Source: Acidobacteriota bacterium (GTDB lineage Bacteria > Acidobacteriota > Thermoanaerobaculia > Multivoradales > Multivoraceae). From it: a stretch of 64,000 nt of DNA. Positions 9,247-18,557 of this stretch are shown here, in pieces; positions within the stretch are counted from its first letter, which is position 1; every line of letters starts with the position of its first letter. Under the pieces are notes generated by a model. It was given only the letters and a program-made list of their open reading frames with translations, had not been told where the DNA came from and searched no databases. The stretch is from contig JAJCXN010000041.1 of the NCBI GenBank assembly GCA_029263415.1, positions 141,338 to 205,337 on the forward strand, written 5' to 3'. The position numbers and the translations under genes were made by a program.

Positions 9247-10248
9247 CTAGCGCTGCCGGGCCTGCCACTGCTTGCTCAACTGTTGCAAGCTTGCTGGTGT
9301 GAGTCGGCGATTGTCGAGCACCTTCGATAGTTCGAGAATGTGCGGTTGCAGCGGCATCATGACGCTGAGGGCCTGATAGGTCCCCATGGCCTTGCCGTAG
9401 TCTCCGTTGAACAAGTACGCGTCGCCTCGGCGAAAGTAGGCGCTGATCCCGCCGGGGTTGGCCTCAATGCTCCGGTCGAATGCCGCGATCGCTTCGGGAT
9501 ATCGATGTGTGAGCATTAGATACCAGCCGGCGTTCGACAGTTCGTCAGCCTTCTTGGGCAGTGCCGGAGGCGACCGATCGAGCGACGATGTGCTGATCCC
9601 AGTGGCCACCGCGCTCGCCGTGGTGTAGTTGAACAAGAAGAGGTCGAGATCGAATTCGAGAGTGGTCCCGAGCGAATCTAGACCTAGTTCCGAGGTGTCG
9701 ACCTTCATCTTTCCTTTGGCTTGGAGATAGCTTTCGTTTTTGCCGTTGACTTCTACTTTGCCAGGGGCGACAAGGTGCAAGGTTGCTGAGGTCGATCTCG
9801 ATTTCACAATCAACGTTCCTTTGAGTGCCACACCGCCCGGAGACTTGCTGGCGGACTCGCTTTGAAACGCGATGAATGGATGGTGCTCGAAATCGAATGC
9901 GTCGCTCAGTTTCTTGGCCACGCTGCCCTCGAGGTCTTCTAGGCCGTCAGTTCGCAAGAGCAGAGTTGCTGAGGTTGCTTCTGGCTGGTCGTGTCTATAG
10001 AAGAATGTTCCGTTGAACTTGGCCATGGCCGCTTTGCCAGCGCCGGGAACGCCCACCGCCACCTTCATCCGTTTGCCCGACGTCATCAGTCGCGAACTCA
10101 TTTCGAAGTTCGCAGAGGGGCCTGCGACTGGTATGTCTTTGATGGTCGGCTGCGCGGTGCCAAGAGCCGGAAGCGCTATCACGAACAGAAAGCCGATGCT
10201 CCACGAGACGATTTCGTTGATTTGACGATTGGGTTCGATTGATCTCAC
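9247..10248 (-). CDS. YceI-like domain protein with C-terminal TPR repeats, secreted
   Basis: YceI-like blocks (FDFEHHPFIAFQS, GTLIVKS) followed by TPR-like helices (AIAAFDRSIEANPGGISAYFRRGDAYLFNGDYGKAMGTY). GTG start with AAGAGGA upstream. Confidence 0.65.
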   Translation of the reverse strand: MRSIEPNRQINEIVSWSIGFLFVIALPALGTAQPTIKDIPVAGPSANFEMSSRLMTSGKRMKVAVGVPGAGKAAMAKFNGTFFYRHDQPEATSATLLLRTDGLEDLEGSVAKKLSDAFDFEHHPFIAFQSESASKSPGGVALKGTLIVKSRSTSATLHLVAPGKVEVNGKNESYLQAKGKMKVDTSELGLDSLGTTLEFDLDLFLFNYTTASAVATGISTSSLDRSPPALPKKADELSNAGWYLMLTHRYPEAIAAFDRSIEANPGGISAYFRRGDAYLFNGDYGKAMGTYQALSVMMPLQPHILELSKVLDNRRLTPASLQQLSKQWQARQR

Positions 10249-10374
10249 GCTGTGTTCCTCTTTGATTGGATCGACACGTCGCTGGACGCGTCACCTTGAG
10301 TCGAAATGGTGGCGACACGGTGTCGCTCCTTGGGCTTTGTCAACTTAGAACACGGCGGTTCAGTGCGTTTGACT

Positions 10375-10410
10375 GCGACGTGACCGCTTTGTGACAACCG
10401 GGTGACGCTC
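10375..10410. promoter_or_regulatory. Candidate operator: GCGAC then three GTGAC direct repeats at exact 11-bp spacing, ~130-160 bp upstream of the YceI-TPR start. A 7-bp-arm palindrome gcgacac-g-gtgtcgc lies at ~10312-10326.
   Basis: Read directly: gtgaccgctttgtgacaaccgggtgacgctc. One-helical-turn direct repeats are the binding architecture of OmpR/SARP-type winged-helix regulators (established knowledge); linking them to the adjacent regulator is inference. Confidence 0.3.
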
Positions 10411-10980
10411 AATGTAAGAGGCTGTTTGAGTAAGGCTGATCGTCAATCTTGGGCTTGCTTCGGTAAGCCATGCCGAAGAACTGCTGGCGACCTGTCAGCG
10501 GCCGGGCCGGGCGAAGGCAGTGAAGTGAGCGGTTAGAACTCTTGATCGGTGAGCAGGTGAGGGCTTCAGTGGCCTCGATAGGCCCGTGCCGTGGGGTAAG
10601 GGGTCAGGATGCAGTGGAGCCGTCGCCGCAGCTAGAGGGGCAAAGGGAGTTTGCCATTGCTTGCGAGCTGGTGGTTTCCCGGTCGCATGGTCGTTCGCCA
10701 CCTTTCAACAGGATCACAGCGACGACGAGGTGAGGACGGCAGGCCTGCCAGGCCTCTAGGTCAGCGAGGAGGCTGCTACCAATCGGTTTGAGGCATATCG
10801 GCAGTTGCGGGCCCGCCTCAAGGTTCGCCTCGAAGGTTCTGGCAACCTCCGTGACTTCGTGGCTCACGGCATGAACCGGCCGCGATCTGGCTGACGCTGC
10901 CCGAGCCACCGTCAAATAGTGGCTGTTCGGTGTGGTTACGGTGAGTGGACACCGCGCCGCACAGTTCGGTCCCAGCGCTC

Positions 10981-13608
10981 TTATGAACTGGACATAACGT
11001 GCACGTTGGTGTCCAACGGTTCGAGTTCGTCTTCGATCGCGTTTTCTGTTGGGAGTTCCAATTGGGCGGTTTTGAGGGTCAAGAGAAGTTGCGCCTCTCG
11101 AGCATCGGTCGAATCGTCGAATGCCCTGCCTGACTCGCAGTATCGTCGCAATTGTTCTCGAGCTTCGCCTTTGCGGCCAACTCGAACCAGGTGCCGAAAC
11201 AACGAATTCCTCGCCCGGAGTTCGTAAAGATAGGCGCCCTGTTGTTGAGCCATCTGAATGGCCAGGTGAAACCCCCGCTCTGATCCGGTCGTTGTTTCGA
11301 TGCCGTCGGCTTCGCGTTGCGCGAACTGGATTTCGGCCATCAAGCGCTGAAGCTCAGCAGAGTGAGCTTGGTCGGCGGCGATGCTGGGCTGAGTCAACGC
11401 TTTGTAGGCGCCCTCTAGGTCGCCCTGGCGCAGGTGCGCCTCGCTTTGCCAAGACCGGTAGAGGCCGCCGAGGAAGATCGGGCCGGTGGGTTCGCGCTTC
11501 TTAAAGACCTGGTCTAACCTCTCTACGGATTCGAGGCTCGGTTCGAGATTGTAGGACGCCCAAGTGTGCAGAACGCGGCCAGCATCTCCGTACCACTCGA
11601 AGCCGTTCTCGTCTGCGATGGTAATCGCCCGCTTGGCGGCCTTAGCGGCCACCTCGAAGTCGCGGGCGAGACAAGCCGCCGTCGCTTCTGACGCCCAAAT
11701 GAGTAGTCGATCGTAGGGATTGGTCGCGCTGTCGAGGCGCTTGAGCATCTGTCGGCGCGCGAGGAGCGCCTCGCGGTGCCGGCCCTGAATGTGCAGTGCC
11801 CAAGCGCTATAGCCGTGGGCTGCGACGATGATGTCCCAGGTCTGAGGCTCAAGCTCGTCCTCGTTCGCTTGAGTGACCTCTTGCATCAACTCCAAGGTTC
11901 GATCGAATCTGCCTCGTCCGTAAGCGTCAAATGCCGCACGAAGGCACGCCAAAGGATAGAAGCTCGGACGATCCTGAGCCAGTTCGAGCAAGTCTTCACA
12001 CAGTTGAGGTGCGTCTTCCGAGCCAGTGAGTGCTGCGTTCAGGGTCCGACCCATGTGACTCCTCAAGATGATGTCCGCATCTCCACTCGCCGCGCTCAGA
12101 GCGTAGGCTCGATCTAGCGCCTCTCGAACTTCTGGATGTGAGTAGCCTTCCAACCATGTCCTGACGGTGGCTAGCTGCGTCCACCGTTCCGCGCTGCGCC
12201 GAGCCTGCTGTTGCGGTTCTGGTAAGCCATCTAACGCTTCTGCCGCTCGCCGAAGAAGTACCACTGCATGGGAAAAGGAAAAACGTTGGTGTGCATGGCT
12301 TGCAGCGACCTCTAGGTAGCGCACGTGCCGTTCGATGTCGCCAGCAGCTTCAAAGTGACCCGCCAGCTGGGCCGCGATCTGTTCAGTGCAGCCCTCGTAG
12401 GCGGCTTCGAGCCGCAAACCAATCCGACGGTGAAGTTCGCGGCTGCGGACTGCGCTGAGGCCTTGCAACAGGTGCTGGCGGTAGACGTCGTGATGGAACG
12501 CAAACTGTGAGCTGACGGTGTTGTCCGGCCACCGACTGTCACCTGTCCGTTGGAGGAAAAAGTCAGCCGCAGCTAGTTGCTCGAAAAGGCGCTCGACGTG
12601 TAGCCCGTCGCTGTCCGTGCCGGCGGCAACTTCTGCGGCCGTGAACTGCCCGCCTGCCACACTTGCGGCTTTGAGGATCTCTTTTTGCAGCTTGGGAAGC
12701 TCAGCCAGCTGAAGCCTGAGGAGCGTGGCGATGCTCTCGGGCAGCGAGGCTCCGGATCGCTTATGCAAATCCTCTCCGCGCCTGACCGCCCCTGACAGTG
12801 CCTCCAAGAAGAGAGGGTTTCCCCCGCAACGATCCCGGACCGCCGCCCAGTCGAAGTCCTCCGTGTCGCCGAAGCGTTGGTCGAGGTAGTTCTCAACCTC
12901 GGTTTCGTTCAAAGCTGCAAGTTGTAGATGGACAACGTTGTCGAGAGGTGTGAGCGTATCGACCGATGCAGTCAACGGGTGTCCGGAGATCTGGGCTGCA
13001 GAGGCTCTGAATGTGCAGATCACCAGTAGCTGCGTTGGTGCTTGCCTTCTGGAAATGGTCGCCACGAGGTCCAAGGTAGCGCTGTCGCACCAATGAAGAT
13101 CCTCAATCCACAACACAAGAGGGGTGCTCTTGGCAAGCGAAGAAATCACGTGGGCGCCCTCTCGCAGCATGCGAGCTGGACCTATTCCTTGCACGCTCGC
13201 AGCGAGCTCTTGTAGCTGCTGGGCAGACCAAAGCCACGGCATTTGCACCGCCCAACTGGGAGCTTCTCGGGCGATGGTGTCGATCGCCAAGGCTCGATCC
13301 GGCTGAGCCTCGATCGCCTGCTCCAGCGCCTCTAGGGCCGGCATGAAGGGCTCACATTCTCCTTGTTGTAACTGGCAACGGCCAACCGCGACTACCGCTG
13401 GTTGTTCGCTGGGGCCGGGTTCATTCAACCGAGACACGAAGGCCTTGGCCAGGCTGGTCTTGCCGATGCCTGCTTCGCCGCTGACCAGAACGATCTGGGG
13501 CTCGCAATGCTGGGCCTTTTGCCAGGCTGCGAGAAGGGCCTGCAGCTCCTGTTCTCGACCGACAAAATGAGCCGGCGCTTCAGGTCGCGGTTGGTCGTGC
13601 GGTGTCAT
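10981..13608 (-). CDS. AAA_16 (STAND-like) ATPase with a TPR region; large ATP-dependent regulator module
   Basis: Walker A VSGEAGIGKTSLA near the N-terminus, Walker B-like LVLWIEDLHWCD, and a long helical TPR-like C-terminal region. Its start overlaps the upstream winged-helix ORF's stop by 1 nt (TAATG). Confidence 0.8.
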   Translation of the reverse strand: MTPHDQPRPEAPAHFVGREQELQALLAAWQKAQHCEPQIVLVSGEAGIGKTSLAKAFVSRLNEPGPSEQPAVVAVGRCQLQQGECEPFMPALEALEQAIEAQPDRALAIDTIAREAPSWAVQMPWLWSAQQLQELAASVQGIGPARMLREGAHVISSLAKSTPLVLWIEDLHWCDSATLDLVATISRRQAPTQLLVICTFRASAAQISGHPLTASVDTLTPLDNVVHLQLAALNETEVENYLDQRFGDTEDFDWAAVRDRCGGNPLFLEALSGAVRRGEDLHKRSGASLPESIATLLRLQLAELPKLQKEILKAASVAGGQFTAAEVAAGTDSDGLHVERLFEQLAAADFFLQRTGDSRWPDNTVSSQFAFHHDVYRQHLLQGLSAVRSRELHRRIGLRLEAAYEGCTEQIAAQLAGHFEAAGDIERHVRYLEVAASHAHQRFSFSHAVVLLRRAAEALDGLPEPQQQARRSAERWTQLATVRTWLEGYSHPEVREALDRAYALSAASGDADIILRSHMGRTLNAALTGSEDAPQLCEDLLELAQDRPSFYPLACLRAAFDAYGRGRFDRTLELMQEVTQANEDELEPQTWDIIVAAHGYSAWALHIQGRHREALLARRQMLKRLDSATNPYDRLLIWASEATAACLARDFEVAAKAAKRAITIADENGFEWYGDAGRVLHTWASYNLEPSLESVERLDQVFKKREPTGPIFLGGLYRSWQSEAHLRQGDLEGAYKALTQPSIAADQAHSAELQRLMAEIQFAQREADGIETTTGSERGFHLAIQMAQQQGAYLYELRARNSLFRHLVRVGRKGEAREQLRRYCESGRAFDDSTDAREAQLLLTLKTAQLELPTENAIEDELEPLDTNVHVMSSS

Positions 13609-13925
13609 TAGTGGACTTTCCTCAGCGACGGCGCAGAGTCGGACGGAGCGGAGCCGGTAGCCTCGCCCCGCACATTTTCGATCTGTGCACCCCGCCCCAG
13701 GATCCGTCTTGGTTCGCTGACCAAGTTGGTCAACGCCTGATCCGAAACCGCGGAATCGGGCCAGGCAGAAGCGAGCAATTCTTCAGTCGACCCCGTGTTT
13801 CCGTGACTTCTTGCCAGGCAGCACAACACGGCCCACGCCTTGGGGCGAGCACGAATGGGCCTGCCATTCTCGAACAGTTGGCCCGCCTTGAGATCTGGGG
13901 AAAGGGTTCCGATGGGCAGTTGCAT
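13608..13925 (-). CDS. Winged-helix DNA-binding domain protein (OmpR/CadC/SARP trans_reg_C type), translationally coupled to the downstream AAA/TPR ORF
   Basis: LFENGRPIRARPKAWAVLCCLARSHGNTGSTEELLASAWPDSAVSDQALTNLVSEPRRILG matches the trans_reg_C pattern (L..G..I.L.PKA..VL..L...G..VS.EEL...WPD..V.D..L...VS.LRR). GAGGAAAG Shine-Dalgarno-like sequence precedes the overlapping ATG of the next ORF. Confidence 0.6.
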   Translation of the reverse strand: MQLPIGTLSPDLKAGQLFENGRPIRARPKAWAVLCCLARSHGNTGSTEELLASAWPDSAVSDQALTNLVSEPRRILGRGAQIENVRGEATGSAPSDSAPSLRKVH

Positions 13926-14128
13926 GGTCCATCGCCGATTGTATCGACTATAGCTAGAACTATCTCTAGTTCAAGAGCAGGGTCATGGCTCCTTGCCCGG
14001 AGGACGAACTCAGCCAGCAACGCGAACTGGTGCTCCTCCGGCAACCTCGTGATCAGTCCTGGGCACCGATCGGTCCCGGGCACAGGGTAAGGTGGTCACC
14101 ACAGGACAAACAAAACGGGGGTTGGACA

Positions 14129-15091
14129 ATGAAGCAGAACCATTCGGGTGCGCAAGCCCGAGGAGCACGTAGCAAGGGTGGACGGCTGCGCTTGAAAACC
14201 AACTGTTCGCGTTCGCCGATGGCGCTGGTGGCGTTGCTGTCGCTCGTGCACGTCGCTGGTGGCGTTGGTAATGCTCAGTCACAGCTTGCTCAGCCGTCCG
14301 TGCCCAAGGCCACTGTCGAACGACTGTTGCGAGTCGGCAAGGCACTTCCTGGCCGTGTTGAACTCAAGCTTACCCTTGGCGAACCAGCAGATCCCTTAGG
14401 CGACTTCCTGCCACGGGATGCCCGCTTTGTAGCGGGCGTCAGTTGGGAATCTGGAGCGCTGGCGCTTCTCGAGATGAGGCTGCCGCAAGAGGAGATACGG
14501 GACCAGCTGTTGGCCGCGGTGTCGAATACCCAGCTCTCGCTCATCCTGCCTCAAGGTTATGGCTTTGTAGCAAGTCCCGAAGGCTTTCCCGTCGTTTTCT
14601 GCCAAGGCGCAGAACGGCGTCTGAGAGTATGGCTGGTCGATGGAGGCGAGCAAGCCTCGGCCGATGAGCCAGCAGACTTAGCGTTGTTGTACACGGAGGG
14701 CGCCAGCGCGTGCCCAGAGGCACGATCGCGTGCAGCGCGAGCCAGCGTGCTGCCCATTCTCGTCGCACCGCCAAACGTAGAGGTTACTCGCGGTGGGAGC
14801 ACCAGTAGCAGCGGCGAATCGGAGAGCCAGCACGTGACGCTATCTTCCAGTCTCACACCGACCGAGCTGGTTCGTCACTTCGCTCTCGGGATGGAGGAGC
14901 AGTCCTGGCAACCGAACGTCCCGGTGGAACTCGAAAGTTTCGCGATGCAGACCTTCACTGCCTATGTGTTAGACGAGGCGACTGCCCGGACGTTCGCCTG
15001 GCACGCCACTCTGACGGTGCGCAGGGTAGCCAATGTGAGGATGAGGAGCGGCCGTATCACTGTGGAAAAGCTGGGCCCTGTCGACGAATAA
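14129..15091 (+). CDS. Hypothetical secreted protein
   Basis: Long ORF with coding-like composition. The internal ATG at 14129 is preceded by GGGGG and followed by a signal-peptide-like MALVALLSLVHVAGGVGNAQS. No recognisable domain. Divergent from the wH/AAA regulator pair. Confidence 0.45.
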   Translation: MKQNHSGAQARGARSKGGRLRLKTNCSRSPMALVALLSLVHVAGGVGNAQSQLAQPSVPKATVERLLRVGKALPGRVELKLTLGEPADPLGDFLPRDARFVAGVSWESGALALLEMRLPQEEIRDQLLAAVSNTQLSLILPQGYGFVASPEGFPVVFCQGAERRLRVWLVDGGEQASADEPADLALLYTEGASACPEARSRAARASVLPILVAPPNVEVTRGGSTSSSGESESQHVTLSSSLTPTELVRHFALGMEEQSWQPNVPVELESFAMQTFTAYVLDEATARTFAWHATLTVRRVANVRMRSGRITVEKLGPVDE

Positions 15092-15226
15092 GACCACGGT
15101 GATGGATCAATCCAAGTGCTTTCCATCAGAGGCTGAGACGCCGAGCCTGACCACCAAGCTGGCGGACTTCTGATCCGTATTGGATTTGTGACTCAGCATG
15201 CCGAAGTGGAGATTGGTTAAGACTGG

Positions 15227-17143
15227 TCAGGACGAACTCAGGGCGTTCGACTCGCTTTTAGGACCGCGCCTGGAGCCAACACCCCGGGGATCCCACGCCA
15301 CCTTTTCTGGCTCCAGCCCAACCTCAACCTTCTTCGCCACAAAAGAGGTCTTTCCGGTGTTCTCTTCCCACAAGCCGACGGCCATGTCATAGGCGCCTTC
15401 CCCCAGGAAGAACTCCGCTCGTAGTGCGAAGTAGTGATCCTTTGCCGCTGCGTGATCCCGCCGTGGAACTTCCACCACGAACGCCAGGTTGCGCGGACTC
15501 AAGCGAACTCCCGCCGCGTTCCGGAGTTGCACTACCGAGCGAAAGTTTCCAGCCACCACATCCCCGTTGCGAACCAGCTCTAGTCCGCCGATCGGCATGC
15601 TGACCACTACCGTCATCTTGCGACGGTCCGGTTGCTCGCCCGCCGCTTGCGACTCGACGGCGGCCTGCTCGAAAGAGGTGTCGATTTCGAGACCGTGCTG
15701 GTTCTCCTGCCAATCGAACAGCAACGTACCCCAAGCGCGACTGGCCAGGTTCTCTTCCATGCTGAGCGGAACGTAGCTTGCCCTGTGTCGCACTCTCGAG
15801 CGTCGTTCCCGAACCTTGAGTTCTATCTCGCGGATGGCTGTGCCCTCGAGCGAGCCCGGTGGGGTGAAGCTCAACGAGTAGTAGTTGGAGACGTCGGCGC
15901 GCGCGGTATCGACAAACTTCCCAAGGCCACTGTCGGCGGAGAAGGCGAGGCCGCCGGTGGCGTGGGCGAGCGCTGCGAGTCCTGAGTTCATGTCGGTGAG
16001 TTCAGCGATCGATCCTCGTTGCCCCTTGTTGGTGCCGAGGCCGGTGAGAGAACTATCAGTGATCGGCGCCTTGATTGGATAGAAGGTCACTCGATGGGTG
16101 TTGGCAAGCGCTGCAAGACGCTCAAACTCCTTGAAATTGCTGAACTGAGACACCAGTCGTTGGAACTGGCCGGAGCCGCCGTCGTCGAGTTGTAGGACCG
16201 TTTCCCCACGGCCATCCCCCATCTCGGTACCGGTGGATCGGGCGTTGGTGGTATTGATCGGGATGACGTTGGGATCGTCAATTGTGTCGCCGCCTTCGAA
16301 GGTCGACGATGCCCCAGCAAGGCGGTCGTTCATGGTACTGGCGAGGATGTCTAGTGGCTCGCGAGCAAGACCATCGGTGATGAACAGCAACGCCTTGCGG
16401 CCGGGGAGAAACGACAACGCCGCGACCACTTCCTCCAGTGAGCGTAGGGTCCGGCGCGCATCGTGTGCCAGCGCTTCCGCGTAGCCCCGAGATTGGATCG
16501 CCAAGCCGCGCAGTTCCGCCTGGCCGTAGCGATACGCCGACCCTCTTTGAGAGAGCTTCTTCAGGGTGCTTTGAGTTGCAGCAGAGATGGCGCGCTGCAA
16601 GGGAATGAGTTCGGAGGTGCTGGTCAATCGTTGCTTCGCAGCGTCGATTGCGGTTTGTACGGCGCCCACGTTGCGAGTGGGTGCTAGGAGCGGCTCGACG
16701 GTGTCCGAAACTGCGACCATCGCCACCCAGGTTGGGCTTTCGTTCATTTCACGAACAAGGACCGGCTTGATGATGTCGAGGACTCGGTCGCGATGGGCGT
16801 ACATCAGGTTGCGTTCGTCCATGACGACAACCGCGGTGAGTCTCGCTCCGATCGAGTCGCGCACGGTGCGTGCGTCGGACACGCCAGTGACCTTGACCTT
16901 CTTGCCGTCGACCCTCAAATCGAAGTCAGCGGTGCTGAGATCGGCAAGGCGCTCTCCCGAGCGATCGGTAACTACCGCGTCCAAGTGGATCAGGCGAACA
17001 TCGATGGCCTCGTCGACAGTGAATCGGTCGGGATCTACCGTGTCCTTCTTCTGCGCAGCGCCAAGCGATGCAACAGCGCACAGTACGCTGGCGGCCAGTG
17101 CGATGCGTCGTTGCGCTCGTGATGTTGTTTGTCGTTGTGTCAT
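15227..17143 (-). CDS. VWA domain-containing secreted protein (Acidobacteria-type VWFA-related family)
   Basis: ~638 aa from the ATG at 17143 (signal peptide MTQRQTTSRAQRRIALAASVLCAVASLGAAQ). VWA-like core (TAVVVMDERN...ALLFITDG). The track ORF start at 17401 extends into an implausible Arg-rich leader. Confidence 0.65.
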   Translation of the reverse strand: MTQRQTTSRAQRRIALAASVLCAVASLGAAQKKDTVDPDRFTVDEAIDVRLIHLDAVVTDRSGERLADLSTADFDLRVDGKKVKVTGVSDARTVRDSIGARLTAVVVMDERNLMYAHRDRVLDIIKPVLVREMNESPTWVAMVAVSDTVEPLLAPTRNVGAVQTAIDAAKQRLTSTSELIPLQRAISAATQSTLKKLSQRGSAYRYGQAELRGLAIQSRGYAEALAHDARRTLRSLEEVVAALSFLPGRKALLFITDGLAREPLDILASTMNDRLAGASSTFEGGDTIDDPNVIPINTTNARSTGTEMGDGRGETVLQLDDGGSGQFQRLVSQFSNFKEFERLAALANTHRVTFYPIKAPITDSSLTGLGTNKGQRGSIAELTDMNSGLAALAHATGGLAFSADSGLGKFVDTARADVSNYYSLSFTPPGSLEGTAIREIELKVRERRSRVRHRASYVPLSMEENLASRAWGTLLFDWQENQHGLEIDTSFEQAAVESQAAGEQPDRRKMTVVVSMPIGGLELVRNGDVVAGNFRSVVQLRNAAGVRLSPRNLAFVVEVPRRDHAAAKDHYFALRAEFFLGEGAYDMAVGLWEENTGKTSFVAKKVEVGLEPEKVAWDPRGVGSRRGPKSESNALSSS

Positions 17144-17262
17144 CGAGTGGTTGACCAGGGCGTTAGCAAGTGTTGGCGGCCGCCTGCTAGGAGTAGTTCG
17201 ATGATCGATACCTCCTCGGAGGTTCAGCCGGTCCGGAGAATGGTCAAAAGATGAACGGGCGA

Positions 17263-18318
17263 TCAATCCTGGGTCGCTTCTTGCGCGCGGCGTTGCAACT
17301 CCTCCCTTTCTAGAAGTCGAGCTCCGCGCAGGATGCCGCCCATGGCGTAGTTGCCTTCGTGACAGGCGTATTCGTACAGCCGGTCGTCGGTCAGCGGCCA
17401 CATTTGCGCGCCCGAATAGGGGGCTGCATAGTTTGTATCGTTGACCGTGAACTCATAGAGCAGTTCGTTCTGATTCTTGCGAGTGAAACGTTCGACGATG
17501 TGCAAACCCTCGCGGGCTTGGTTGGGCGTTTCGAGGAAGTTAGTGGTATCCACAACCAGCGTGTCGCCTTCCCAATGGCCGATGGAGTCGCCGCCGAGTG
17601 ATCGGATGTCCGACGGCGGGTGTTCGCTATTGAGGCGAATGACGCGGGCCCAGTGCATCCATTCCACCAAGATCATCACGTGGTTGTCGGTCTGCACGAT
17701 CGTCTTGAGGTTGTTGTAGAGCACCGAGCGCATTGGCACGGTGGTGACTGTGAGATAGATGCAGCGCTCGATCAGCGGCAGCGTTTCCGGATTGTCGTAC
17801 GGTCCACTCTCGAGATCGAGCCACCAGGCGTTGCCGGTGTTCTCGAAGGTGTAGGGGCGGATCTTGGCGAGACGCGCTTTGCCCGCTGAGGACAACGCCG
17901 GCATCTGACCATTGGGCGGATCGGTGAGCACCGAGGTGCGGTACTTGTCGCCGATCTTGAACATGCTGTTGCCCGGGTCGACCCAGAAGCTGTTGTAGCC
18001 GCCAACTTTGCCGGCAGCGCCAGCCGAGCCGTCGCCTCCGGGAGGCGGTGCCTCGCGGTTGGGATCGCTGTCGCGATCGGCGAAAGCCATGGCCGCCGCT
18101 GCGGAGCGCTCGATGGCCTGCGCCTGTTCGTCGGTGAGTTCCTGTTGATCGCCGAGCCCTGCCGCGCGGGTGAAAGGGGTGAGGGTCGCGATGTCGTAGT
18201 TGCCGGAGAGGTCTGGACGACCGCTTGGGGTCCTCGGCACTTCGTCTTGACTCAGGACTGGAAGGGAAATGAGGCTGAGAAGAACAGCGAGTGGAATGAT
18301 GTGTGGTGTCTTGGACAT
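17263..18318 (-). CDS. Conserved secreted protein of unknown function (paralog 1 of 2 in the window)
   Basis: Signal peptide MSKTPHIIPLAVLLSLISLPVLSQ. Shares PRTPSG.PDLSG.YDIATLTP, GGYN.FWVD, VLYNN, WxGDTLVV.T.NF and the C-terminal YEYACHEGNYAMGGIL with the ORF at 55159-56271. GGAGAG lies upstream of the ATG at 18318. Confidence 0.6.
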   Translation of the reverse strand: MSKTPHIIPLAVLLSLISLPVLSQDEVPRTPSGRPDLSGNYDIATLTPFTRAAGLGDQQELTDEQAQAIERSAAAAMAFADRDSDPNREAPPPGGDGSAGAAGKVGGYNSFWVDPGNSMFKIGDKYRTSVLTDPPNGQMPALSSAGKARLAKIRPYTFENTGNAWWLDLESGPYDNPETLPLIERCIYLTVTTVPMRSVLYNNLKTIVQTDNHVMILVEWMHWARVIRLNSEHPPSDIRSLGGDSIGHWEGDTLVVDTTNFLETPNQAREGLHIVERFTRKNQNELLYEFTVNDTNYAAPYSGAQMWPLTDDRLYEYACHEGNYAMGGILRGARLLEREELQRRAQEATQD

Positions 18319-18557
18319 AGCGCTCTCCGGAAAGTTCACGCGTCGTTGCCAGAACCGTTGGGGCCTCGTCGAGGACAAGGGTGGTTTCGGTAGGAGGGGG
18401 CCTTTGATGGACGCGAACCCTGAGTGTACCGGTAGCGTGTTTGGCCGGAGCTAGATGGTGTCGGCGCCTAGCATCGCACGCTCCCACTTGCGGTGAGCGC
18501 GATTTGCCGATCAACTACTGCCCAATCCCGACGACGAACTGCTTGAGGCTCCTCGAT

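Noticed and set aside
10981-13608. Considered calling the AAA_16/TPR protein an antiviral STAND (Avs-type) defence NTPase
   Set aside because: The coupled N-terminal module is a DNA-binding winged helix, not a nuclease/protease/TIR effector. A transcription-regulator reading is more parsimonious. The resemblance is kept only as a comment.
17627-18514. 295-aa Arg/Pro/His-rich minus-strand ORF
   Set aside because: It is an out-of-frame overlap of the secreted paralog gene with extreme Arg bias, an artefact of high GC.
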